This document shows, piece after piece, positions 9,054 through 17,708 of a DNA stretch of 64,000 nucleotides (position 1 is its first letter; every line of letters begins with the position of its first letter). The stretch spans positions 2,912,001-2,976,000 of the forward strand of contig CAWIPH010000002.1 of the NCBI GenBank assembly GCA_963837955.1, read 5' to 3'. This DNA is from an uncultured Verrucomicrobiae bacterium. Lineage in GTDB: Bacteria; Verrucomicrobiota; Verrucomicrobiia; Chthoniobacterales; JAFAMB01. The notes beneath the pieces were generated by a model, which was not told the origin of the DNA, did no database searches, and saw nothing but the letters and a program-made list of their open reading frames with translations. Both the position numbers and the translations under genes were made by a program.

Positions 9054-10584
9054 GGGCTCTTGAGTCCGAAATAACTGCTTGGGCCGCCAGAAAGCCAGGG
9101 ACACCGTGGACCCCACCGCCGGGATGAGTTCCCGCTCCCGACAAATAAAGACCTCGAATCGGCGTCCGATAGTTAGATAGTCCAGGGCCAGGACGCAGCG
9201 TAAAAAGCTGGTCCAGAGTCATGTCGAGATGATTTGGGTTTCCGGCCAAATTGCCGGTTCGCGTCTCCCATTCTCCCGGTCCGGTAGCCTGAATCCCAAC
9301 CACCCGTTCCTTGGTTCCAGGTGCAAATCGTTCAAAACTATTCAACATCACTTCCTGGACGCGCAAGTTTGCCTGCGGCCAAGTGGAACCGTCAGACCAA
9401 CGTGCCGGCACAAAAGCCGACAGCCAGAGCACCGCCTGGCCAGAGGGAGCTAAGGAAGGGTCTTCAACCGAAGGCACTGCCGCCATCATGGGTAATGGAT
9501 CAGGTAACCCGCCCGCAAAGATTGTTTGCATCGCCCTTCCGTAATGCTTCGGATCTTCCTGAAGATAGTACAACGAGCCAGCGTGACGGTCCGATAGACC
9601 AATCATCTGTGGCGGACGATCCAACGCTAAGTCCAGTTTCATTTCTCCTACATTGAAAATGCCGGTGTGCGCTCGGGCCGATACCCTATTGAGCTCCGGC
9701 GGAACAGCAGACGAGTCTAAGAGGGAGACGACTCGCTTCACATCGATGCTCGAAACAACGGTATTTGCCTCAAGGAAAGTTCCATCCGAAAGTTCGACGC
9801 CGACCACCCGGTCGCCGGTTGTACGAATTTTTGAAACCGGTTCATGACAACGCAACCGTCCACCAGCGGCCGCAAGCGCATCTGTCAACGCCTCGATGAG
9901 CTTCCCGGTACCTCCAACCGGCCGACAACTTTGCGTTCCATGAGAAGAGGCCAAAAGGCAACCGAGGGCACCACTCCCCGGCGTCCAAGGCGGCATCTCC
10001 GGGTGCGTGCTGTAGGCCAACGCTGCCGCTTGCAGCGACGGATGGGAGAGGTGTTCTGTGATCACGCTCTCGGCGGACGACAGAACAACGCGTAGTTCTT
10101 CGCCACTCAATTTACTGAACGGATGTTCTGTTATCTTGCCAGAGGCGGCACTGTAAGCCGACTTAACATGTTGCATTCCACCCAATCGATCGAGTAACTG
10201 GACGGCAAACTCCGCGAATTTCTTCCACTCGGTGGCGACTCCCTTGCCAAAACATCCCGCGATTCCACCAAGGGTTTCATCCAGCGACCGAGATAGGTAA
10301 AGGACTTCGTCTCCTACCCACGACGCGAGCAGATGAGTTCCCCGAATCCAGTTCAGCCCGTACTTGTCGAGCGAAAGCGCGTCCGCGACTCCGCTTGCAA
10401 CCATCCCTTCGAGCTCCAGAGCTCCCGTGTTAAAACGAAAACCGGGAATAACTTCTTCGGTGACTGTACACCCGCCAGCCCGTTCACTTTGCTCACAAAC
10501 CGTCACCAGAAAACCAGCACGAGCCAGGAAAGTTGCGCAAACGAGCCCGTTGTGGCCTGCCCCGATGACGATTGCGTGGTTCAT
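9046..10584 (-). CDS. Phytoene desaturase-family (CrtI-like) FAD-dependent oxidoreductase
   Basis: IVIGAGHNGLVCA Rossmann motif, C-terminal YRTPIRGLYLSGAGTHPGGGVHGVPG. Confidence 0.88.
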   Translation of the reverse strand: MNHAIVIGAGHNGLVCATFLARAGFLVTVCEQSERAGGCTVTEEVIPGFRFNTGALELEGMVASGVADALSLDKYGLNWIRGTHLLASWVGDEVLYLSRSLDETLGGIAGCFGKGVATEWKKFAEFAVQLLDRLGGMQHVKSAYSAASGKITEHPFSKLSGEELRVVLSSAESVITEHLSHPSLQAAALAYSTHPEMPPWTPGSGALGCLLASSHGTQSCRPVGGTGKLIEALTDALAAAGGRLRCHEPVSKIRTTGDRVVGVELSDGTFLEANTVVSSIDVKRVVSLLDSSAVPPELNRVSARAHTGIFNVGEMKLDLALDRPPQMIGLSDRHAGSLYYLQEDPKHYGRAMQTIFAGGLPDPLPMMAAVPSVEDPSLAPSGQAVLWLSAFVPARWSDGSTWPQANLRVQEVMLNSFERFAPGTKERVVGIQATGPGEWETRTGNLAGNPNHLDMTLDQLFTLRPGPGLSNYRTPIRGLYLSGAGTHPGGGVHGVPGFLAAQAVISDSRAHG

Positions 10585-10585
10585 C

Positions 10586-12007
10586 TTAAGTTAGTCCTGT
10601 GGTCGAAGCCGCCCGGCGAATTCCTCGCAACACAGTAAACTTTGGCTGTGTCATTTCCTCCATCGTGAAGCCGAGCCCCTCTCGTCCGAGTCCGCTTAGT
10701 TTCACTCCGCCAAAAGGTACAAATAACGGTCGATAATTTCCGGAGCCGTTAATCACTACACCTCCGGTCTGCAATCTTTCGGACAGAGCGAGTGCACGAC
10801 TGATATCCCGGCTGAAGACAGCTCCGTTGAGCCCGAACGAAGATTGGTTTGCTACCAGCAAGGCTTCTCGCTCTGACGCGACTGGAATTACCGTGAAAAC
10901 GGGACCAAAGATTTCATCGTCGTTCGCTACCTGGGCCGTCCTGGGAACATCTGCTAGCACATGCGGCTGAACCATCGCGTGCTGAGTGGTGCCGTCACCG
11001 GCTACCAAACGGGCGCCTTCATGGACCGCTCTCTCAACTTGCACGATCACATGTTCCGCAGCGCTCTCTGTGATCAAAGGTCCGAGATCCGAATTCGGGT
11101 CCAGAGGATTTCCTACCTTCAGCTCACGGACGCGATTCACCAGCCGCTCGGTCAATTCAGCGGCGATTTTTCGATGAACGACCAGTCGCTTGTTTGCTGC
11201 GCAGGACTGCCCATTCATTAGTATCCGGCCGGCCACAATCTCCTTTAGTACTAGGTCTAGGTCTGCATCCTCCAAAATGATGGCTGCATCGTTTCCACCC
11301 AGCTCAAGATGAAGGCGCCGGAGCTTGGCAGCCACCGTTTCCGCAACAGCGACGCCGGCCCGAGTAGAACCTGTCAAACTGATCGCCGCGATCCCATCCG
11401 CCGAGATCAGTTTGCCACCCACCTTGGCGTCACCGATCACGACCTCAAGAACTTCCCTCGGAATACCTGCTTCATGAAAGCATTCCACAACCGACAAGAC
11501 TGCAAGGGGGTCCTGCTCCGGAGGCTTCAACACCACCGTGTTACCGACTGCTAAAGCAGCTGTCACTTTTTCGATAAGCAATTCAACTGGAAAGTTAAAC
11601 GGAAGGAGCGCAGCGATTGTCCCGAGTGGCACCCGTCGACTCCAAGCGATATCATTCGCAGTATTTGCCAAACTCTCCGTCGGCAAAAGAATCCCAGTCG
11701 AATATCGTGCGCGCTCCGCGTTGGCTTTTAAGAGCGCCACGGCCAACTGCACTTCGAACTCAGCCTGACCCAGCACTTTGCCACTTTCGCTAGATAACAA
11801 GCGTGCGATCTGTTCTGCTTTCCCGGCGATTAGATTTCCTGCCTGCTCGAGCAGATCACAGCGTTCTCCGACTGAAATCGAGGACCACGCCGGGAAGGCT
11901 TCGGTCGCCCTTCTCACGGAACCGGCAACGTCGTCCAAGTCACTAACTGTAACTGTGCCGATTACCGACTGATCAAAAGGCGACAATATCTGGTGCTTTT
12001 TTGTCAC
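10586..12007 (-). CDS. Aldehyde dehydrogenase
   Basis: PFNFP, LTGST, LELGGND (catalytic Glu), NGQSC (catalytic Cys), EIFGPV, PFGGVKLSGLGREG. Confidence 0.95.
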   Translation of the reverse strand: MTKKHQILSPFDQSVIGTVTVSDLDDVAGSVRRATEAFPAWSSISVGERCDLLEQAGNLIAGKAEQIARLLSSESGKVLGQAEFEVQLAVALLKANAERARYSTGILLPTESLANTANDIAWSRRVPLGTIAALLPFNFPVELLIEKVTAALAVGNTVVLKPPEQDPLAVLSVVECFHEAGIPREVLEVVIGDAKVGGKLISADGIAAISLTGSTRAGVAVAETVAAKLRRLHLELGGNDAAIILEDADLDLVLKEIVAGRILMNGQSCAANKRLVVHRKIAAELTERLVNRVRELKVGNPLDPNSDLGPLITESAAEHVIVQVERAVHEGARLVAGDGTTQHAMVQPHVLADVPRTAQVANDDEIFGPVFTVIPVASEREALLVANQSSFGLNGAVFSRDISRALALSERLQTGGVVINGSGNYRPLFVPFGGVKLSGLGREGLGFTMEEMTQPKFTVLRGIRRAASTTGLT

Positions 12008-12744
12008 TTGCTACGTTTCATCTGTCTCGGCCAACGATCTGCAAAAATGTCATCGGGAAGCCTATCCAGATACAGAAGTACCTCGTCTAGCTTCACCACG
12101 TCCCCGTACTTTGAATGAATATCGAAGAGGTTTACCTTGTGGGTTAGCTGGCCACGATCCCAAACGCACTCCTCCGGCACGATCGTGCGAAAATTATAAC
12201 TAAATGCATCGATGGCGGTTGAACGGATACATCCGCTAGTGGTCGTACCAGTAAGAATCAGAGTATCGACTCCGAAGTCGATCAGATAGCTTGCCAGAGA
12301 GGTTCCGAAGAAGGCGCTTGGTTTTTTCTTAACGAAGGCCATGTCGCGGGGACCGGGCGCTATCTCCTCTACGATTTCATTACCGCGATGTCCGATGGCA
12401 TCAATGCCATCGTCTACCCGATAGTTCTTGTCATTCCATCGACCCATATCGAGAAAATCATCACGGCGCTCCCAGGTCGTATAGTAAAGGGGGATCTTCT
12501 TCTCCCGGGCTCTGCTCAACAACTTGTGGAGGGCTCGTACTCCATCCCAACCGATTGTTCCGCAGCTGTATCGCCAGCGCTCGATGCTTTCGAGAATCGG
12601 TTCTTCCGGCTCACCAACGAAATTGTAGATGACATCTACGATCAGAACGGCCGGCCTTTGACCAAACCCCACCGGTTTGCCCCATCCGGCGCGTTCGTAG
12701 ATTAGCTGGTCTTCCGACGGAATTATGTCATCCCAGATTGCCAT
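12004..12744 (-). CDS. Isochorismatase-family cysteine hydrolase (maleamate/N-carbamoylsarcosine amidase-like)
   Basis: GFGQRPAVLIVD (Asp), KKKPSAFFGT (Lys), TTTSGCIRSTAIDA (Cys). Confidence 0.9.
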   Translation of the reverse strand: MAIWDDIIPSEDQLIYERAGWGKPVGFGQRPAVLIVDVIYNFVGEPEEPILESIERWRYSCGTIGWDGVRALHKLLSRAREKKIPLYYTTWERRDDFLDMGRWNDKNYRVDDGIDAIGHRGNEIVEEIAPGPRDMAFVKKKPSAFFGTSLASYLIDFGVDTLILTGTTTSGCIRSTAIDAFSYNFRTIVPEECVWDRGQLTHKVNLFDIHSKYGDVVKLDEVLLYLDRLPDDIFADRWPRQMKRSK

Positions 12745-12783
12745 ACAAAGTTATGCAGCGTGATGGTTAAGTTCGTGGCTCCG

Positions 12784-14265
12784 TTATTCGATTGGATAGA
12801 GCGAACATCCGCTCTTTCTGGCGAGATATTCCCCGAAAGTTCCGCTCTCGACGACCTGCGGTCGGTCAGCATCGACGGGCCATTCTGAAATCACCCTACC
12901 GCGTAGAATAGTAAGGACAGGCCACCCTTTGAGAGTCTGCCCCTCTATCACTGACCAACCGGAACGGGAGACGACGTTTTGACTCTTGACAGTGATTTCC
13001 CGGTCGAGATCGATGACACAAAAATCTGCGTCAGCGCCAACGGTTATCGACCCTTTCTTTGGAAAGACCCCGAATATTTTTGCTGGATTTTCACAGAGGA
13101 CCTCGGCTGCTCGTTCCAGGCTAATCCGGCCCTTGTTCACTCCTTCGCTCAGAATAACTGGAACTAACATTTCGACACGACTCGTGAAGCCGGTTCGTAG
13201 CTTCCAGATATTTGGATGATACATCTCTTCCCGCTGATTGGGATCCCAAGAGATCACGTGGTCGGACCCAACAGCGTCCACAGTTCCATCTGCCAGTGCC
13301 TCCCAGATTGCCTCGATGTCTTCGCGGTAGCGCACCGGAACGTTAATGCGCCAGGCCTTCTCGTTTGGCTCCAGATAAAGCCAAACCGGACCGGTCTGCG
13401 CATACACTTTGACTCCGTCCCCTCTGAGACGGCGGATTTCTTCATGAGTTTGGCGGGTACTCGCGTGTTGAATGTATAGTGGGCTTCCGGTGATTTTCGC
13501 CAAGTAACCGTAGGAGCGAACATGATGAACCTCCGCAAAATAGGGAGAGCGATCGGTCCAGGCAGCGAAATCGGTGCGACCTGCTTCGATCAGGCGTCGC
13601 TCAAAGATGCGGCCGAGTTGCCAATTCTCAGCATGGATCTGGGTGATTGCGGAACCCCGGAGTTTAGCCACCTGTTCCATTGTCTGGAAAACGATGCCAT
13701 CGTCGAACCCGTGACCGAGACCTGCTTTGCGTCCAGCCCAATATCTGTCTAGTTCCGGTTTCATGGATTGGAGGTACAACTTGAAACTGGTAACTCCCCA
13801 CTTTCTCGCCAGGTCCGGAATTTCCCCCGTTTGGAGGTCTGTCTCGATCATCGGAGTGATCCAGATGTCTATGGCAGAAGAACGCCGAATGATCTCGGCG
13901 GCTGTCGGCAATACGTCCAGAAATGGACCGACATCTTCGCCCTGGACGTATTCGACGAAAGGTTCGGCCCCAAGGCGCGTACTGGGCGCGTGCACACCCC
14001 AGGTGGTGACTCCGGCGGCGGCGGCGGCACGGGTTTCACTCTTGATATCCTTCTCGAAGGGAACATAACAGCCAGGATGCGCTTCGCTGTCGACGATCCC
14101 TGGCAAGATATACTTGCCGCCGACGTCAATCGTACGTCTGGGATTGAAACTCTCGCGCTCCTTGGAAATGGCGACGATGACGCCATCGTTGATCGCGATA
14201 TTGGCCGTTACTCGGCCCGAGGCCGTCACTATTCGGCCACCGGTAATGAGAAGATCAACATTCAT
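12784..14265 (-). CDS. Cyclic amidohydrolase (dihydropyrimidinase/allantoinase/dihydroorotase family)
   Basis: LPGIVDSEAH, ETRAAAAAGVTT, SFKLY, IHAEN, YIQHAS, GSDH, NPAKIFG.FPKKGSI.VGADAD. Confidence 0.9.
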   Translation of the reverse strand: MNVDLLITGGRIVTASGRVTANIAINDGVIVAISKERESFNPRRTIDVGGKYILPGIVDSEAHPGCYVPFEKDIKSETRAAAAAGVTTWGVHAPSTRLGAEPFVEYVQGEDVGPFLDVLPTAAEIIRRSSAIDIWITPMIETDLQTGEIPDLARKWGVTSFKLYLQSMKPELDRYWAGRKAGLGHGFDDGIVFQTMEQVAKLRGSAITQIHAENWQLGRIFERRLIEAGRTDFAAWTDRSPYFAEVHHVRSYGYLAKITGSPLYIQHASTRQTHEEIRRLRGDGVKVYAQTGPVWLYLEPNEKAWRINVPVRYREDIEAIWEALADGTVDAVGSDHVISWDPNQREEMYHPNIWKLRTGFTSRVEMLVPVILSEGVNKGRISLERAAEVLCENPAKIFGVFPKKGSITVGADADFCVIDLDREITVKSQNVVSRSGWSVIEGQTLKGWPVLTILRGRVISEWPVDADRPQVVESGTFGEYLARKSGCSLYPIE

Positions 14266-14414
14266 ACGCGAATCACAAACGTTTTAGCGGTAACCTTCAC
14301 AACCTCGTTCAGTCGACGGGGCGACTTGTTCGATTGCTAATTACCTCGTTTGGCTCGCGCGGGCACCGTCCCCATTTCTGGGCGGCCCCTGCTGACCTAC
14401 TGGATGAAATTATC

Positions 14415-14430
14415 AGCCAGTTGCATGCCA
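14415..14430 (-). promoter_or_regulatory. Putative sigma54 -24/-12 promoter for the leftward operon
   Basis: Minus strand TGGCATGCAACTGGCT = GG-N10-GC, ~150 bp upstream of ATG 14265. Confidence 0.5.
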
Positions 14431-14485
14431 CGATTAGCCGGAGCAGAAGAATTTTGCAAGGATGATCTCCCGACGATTCGATTGA

Positions 14486-14502
14486 TTGGCTCAGTTTTTG
14501 CA
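14486..14502 (+). promoter_or_regulatory. Putative sigma54 -24/-12 promoter for the C-N hydrolase
   Basis: TTGGCTCAGTTTTTGCA = GG-N10-GC with canonical TTGCA; ends 12 bp before ATG 14515. Confidence 0.65.
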
Positions 14503-14514
14503 CGAAATCTGGTC

Positions 14515-15390
14515 ATGCGAACAACCGCGAAGATTTCTCTCGTCCATCCACGAAATTGGGAACGCAGCTGGGCGCAAGCCTGGCCAGTTCATTTCGCAGA
14601 TGAAGACCCGGACGAACGGTCGCAACTCGATGAAGCGGAAGCCTTCATTGCAAGAGCCGCCGCGGCCGGTGCGGAATATCTGTTATTTCCGGAGATGTAC
14701 CCTGGCCCGAGAAGTCTGAGCGATCAGGCGTTTACCGCTGAGGAAGTCAAAATCCGAATGTGCAGCGCAGCCAAGAAGCACGGAATCTGGGTGTTTTACA
14801 ACGGGACGTCCGCCCTCGAAGAAGGTGGTGGCCAGAACACCTGCTTCGCCGTCAGTCCTGCAGGCAACGTCGCAACCAGTTATTCGAAAATGATCCCGGC
14901 CTGCGGCGAACAAAGTATCCCGGGAAAAGATCCCGTGGTGATCGATTGCGACGGCTTACGCGTAGGAATCGTGATCTGTTGGGAGATGTGGTTCCCCGAG
15001 ATCACCCGCATGGTGGCCGCACTGGGAGCCGACGTGATTTTCGCCCCAACCGGCGGGGTCATCTACGAGCTGACATCAAGCTGGAAAACGATTCTCTTCG
15101 CTCGAGCCGCAGAGAACACAGTCTTCACTGCGACCTGCGTCAACTTGTTCGGGGTCGAGGATGGAATGTGTGTGGTCTATTCGCCTGAAGGGTTGGTGGC
15201 CGAAAGGACTGGTGCCGGCATCCTGAACGCAGAGTTGGACCTCGTACGGCTCCGCTATCTTCGCGAAACCGATGAGCGCCTCATTGTCCCCAAACCGTAT
15301 CGAGTTATCCCGGGGCTATTTCGGGCTTTGACACCAGCGGTGGTGGAACGCTATGCGGAAGTAATGGCGGGACGGATTGGGAAGCAGTGA
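14515..15390 (+). CDS. Carbon-nitrogen hydrolase (nitrilase superfamily)
   Basis: Glu-Lys-Cys triad LFPEM / YSKM / ICWEMWFPE, ARAAEN; ATG 14515 preferred over TTG 14350. Confidence 0.9.
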   Translation: MRTTAKISLVHPRNWERSWAQAWPVHFADEDPDERSQLDEAEAFIARAAAAGAEYLLFPEMYPGPRSLSDQAFTAEEVKIRMCSAAKKHGIWVFYNGTSALEEGGGQNTCFAVSPAGNVATSYSKMIPACGEQSIPGKDPVVIDCDGLRVGIVICWEMWFPEITRMVAALGADVIFAPTGGVIYELTSSWKTILFARAAENTVFTATCVNLFGVEDGMCVVYSPEGLVAERTGAGILNAELDLVRLRYLRETDERLIVPKPYRVIPGLFRALTPAVVERYAEVMAGRIGKQ

Positions 15391-15486
15391 TCAGTGATCA
15401 GTAATCAGGACAGAAGCCGTACCGGCCCGGACAGTCACCGCTGCCGATGACTGATTACCGATCACTGATCACTGATTACTTTTTTG
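15385..15486. repeat. Inverted heptamer arrays (CAGTGAT)n / (ATCACTG)n between convergent genes, terminator-like
   Basis: cagtgat-cagtgat-cagtaat at 15385-15408; complementary array at 15450-15480 followed by a T run. Confidence 0.6.
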
Positions 15487-15491
15487 TCTCT

Positions 15492-16967
15492 CTAATCCTC
15501 CTCGAATCGCGTGTTATGCACAATGTCCTGCTGGTAAGAAAGGAAACGTTCCATAGCGACCGCCCATTCCTTTGGCATTGGTTTACGATAGGCTCGCTCG
15601 CGGGCCGCTTCGCGGGTTTCTTCGAGGATCGCTTTGACATCGAAAGTAACTATCTTGCCATCTTCCACGACGACCTTGCCATCGATAATGACCGTATGGA
15701 CGGATTGACCCAGCTCAGTAAAAGCTAAATGATGATAGGCGTCATTGAATGGAGTCAGCGAGGGACTTTCCAGATCCAATAGGACGAGATCTGCGAGGTA
15801 ACCCGGCCGAATTTGGCCAAGCTGTTGCGGGAGCATCAATGCTGCGGCTCCGCCCTCCGTGGCCATCCGAAAGACCTCACGCGAGGCGAGCCAACGGTGC
15901 GGCTCGGCCAAGGTTAAATTATGAATCAGAGCGGCCAGATGAAGATGGCCGAACATGACTTGATGGTCGCTACTCTTGGACCCGTCCGCGCCAAGCGCAG
16001 GGATGATACCGGCGTCGAACATTTTTCGAATCGGCGCAAATCCGCTGCCTAGCTTTAGGTTCGCCGCTGGATTGTGAACGGGTACGGCACCGGCACTCGC
16101 GATCCGCTCTACATCTTTGTCTGTTAACCAAACGGAGTGAGGAAGAGAAACGTCGGGACCGAGCAATCCTTCCTTGGCCAGCATGGATGTAGCAGTGCTG
16201 CTGTAAACCTTTCGGCAGACATGATCTTGGACCCGAGTTTCCATGAGATGCATATGAAGGCCGCCGTTGTAACGCCGAGCCAGGTCCCGGCAACGATGGA
16301 GGAAGTCTAAGGTAACCCATTGAACGCCGCTTGGACCGACCCAGCAACGAAGCCGCCCTTGCTCCGAGTGATGCCAATTTTTAAAAAACTCCTCGATGAT
16401 GCCAAAGAGATCTGCCTCCCCCTGCTCATCTTGCGCACCAGCGTAAACGGTTCGAACAGTCTCGTGACCGCGATCCTCTCCATCCTCAACATCATAGGAA
16501 GCATCACCGATCATCGGTGCGACACCCGCACGAATTCCACTATCGCGGTAAGCTTTCATGGCGCCGTTAATACCCGCGAGGTTGGGCTTCGGCGGCAAGG
16601 AAAGATGATCCAGGACGGAGGTAGTGCCAGATCGTAACATCTCGATCACACCGACCATCGCTGTAAGATAATGGTCTCGTTCTGAGAATGAATCGGATCC
16701 CCATACGAGGTGAACCAACCATGGCTCGAGGGGCAATCGATCGTCAGTGGCTCGGGTAAAATTCTCCGGAGAATGCGTGTGTGCATTGATCAGTCCAGGA
16801 ATCGCTAAGAACTTATCTCCATTGATCCCGCGGTCGACCGGCTCTTCGATCGGCGCACCCGAAACGCTCTTAATTCTCTGATCTTCAATAAGGATGTTTT
16901 GGCCGGCGGAATATCCCCATGGAGCTACCGGATCCAGGACGGCACAATTTTCGATTTTGATTTTCAT
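15492..16967 (-). CDS. Amidohydrolase, MTA/SAH-guanine-triazine (AtzA/SsnA-like) deaminase subgroup
   Basis: PGLINAHTH, HMHLME, PHSVW, HNPAANLKLGSG, GADG, GQIRPGYLADLVLLD. Confidence 0.9.
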   Translation of the reverse strand: MKIKIENCAVLDPVAPWGYSAGQNILIEDQRIKSVSGAPIEEPVDRGINGDKFLAIPGLINAHTHSPENFTRATDDRLPLEPWLVHLVWGSDSFSERDHYLTAMVGVIEMLRSGTTSVLDHLSLPPKPNLAGINGAMKAYRDSGIRAGVAPMIGDASYDVEDGEDRGHETVRTVYAGAQDEQGEADLFGIIEEFFKNWHHSEQGRLRCWVGPSGVQWVTLDFLHRCRDLARRYNGGLHMHLMETRVQDHVCRKVYSSTATSMLAKEGLLGPDVSLPHSVWLTDKDVERIASAGAVPVHNPAANLKLGSGFAPIRKMFDAGIIPALGADGSKSSDHQVMFGHLHLAALIHNLTLAEPHRWLASREVFRMATEGGAAALMLPQQLGQIRPGYLADLVLLDLESPSLTPFNDAYHHLAFTELGQSVHTVIIDGKVVVEDGKIVTFDVKAILEETREAARERAYRKPMPKEWAVAMERFLSYQQDIVHNTRFEED

Positions 16968-16999
16968 CGGTGTTTAAGGCGACGGAGCCGGTTGCGTGA

Positions 17000-17707
17000 T
17001 CATTGCAACTTCTCACCGGCAGTTTCCGCGCCAAATTTTCGGGAGTAGTAGGTCCACGCCCTGGAAATCTCGTTTTCGAACCAACGCGCTCGATCTCTCA
17101 ATTCCTTCTGGGTGAAAGGCGGAGCCCCGCCAACGCTTGCGGCTAGCAGAAGATTTCGCGCAGACTCTTCCAAAAAGATGGCCCGCACGACTGCGGTTGC
17201 GATGGAATCACCGACTACTAAACAACCATTCCCGCGCAAGAGCACGGCGCCATAGGAGCTCAGTGTCTTCGCCACAGCATCCCCAAGAACCGGATCGACT
17301 ATAAGATCGGATTCAGGGTGGACTGGTATGAACTCACCTACGATCGCCCCGAAGCCATGAGTTGGACGGATCGACTTGCTGGCACTTCCACAAGCCACTG
17401 CGTTCGGAGAGTGGGTTCTACAGATCCCGGCGACGTCCAGTCGCTTTCGGTAGATGGCAAGGTGCATCGGCGTTTCCAGCGCCAGCGGAAAACCGGAAGC
17501 CGAAGCTTGGACGACTTGTCCGTCCACCGAAAGCTGGATCAGATCATCGATCATGGCCTGACCGGGAGCGACTGCCGGAGTAATAAGGATCAGTTCACTT
17601 TCCGGAATTCGGGCGCTCACATGCCCGAATCCCTCGGTCAGTCCAAGTCCGTCCATGATCCGGCCCGCGGTGATAATATCTCGACCAACCTTTTGGAGAA
17701 CGCTCAT
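17000..17707 (-). CDS. Class II aldolase/adducin-family protein
   Basis: GFGHVSAR, ILITP, LETPMHLAIY, CRTHSP, VLLRGNG, AIFLEESA; ATG 17707 adjoins the upstream stop. Confidence 0.85.
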   Translation of the reverse strand: MSVLQKVGRDIITAGRIMDGLGLTEGFGHVSARIPESELILITPAVAPGQAMIDDLIQLSVDGQVVQASASGFPLALETPMHLAIYRKRLDVAGICRTHSPNAVACGSASKSIRPTHGFGAIVGEFIPVHPESDLIVDPVLGDAVAKTLSSYGAVLLRGNGCLVVGDSIATAVVRAIFLEESARNLLLAASVGGAPPFTQKELRDRARWFENEISRAWTYYSRKFGAETAGEKLQ

Positions 17708-17708
17708 T

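Noticed and set aside
8037..10584. Carotenoid biosynthesis (crtI/crtF)
   Set aside because: No phytoene synthase or GGPP synthase; the operon context is amide hydrolases
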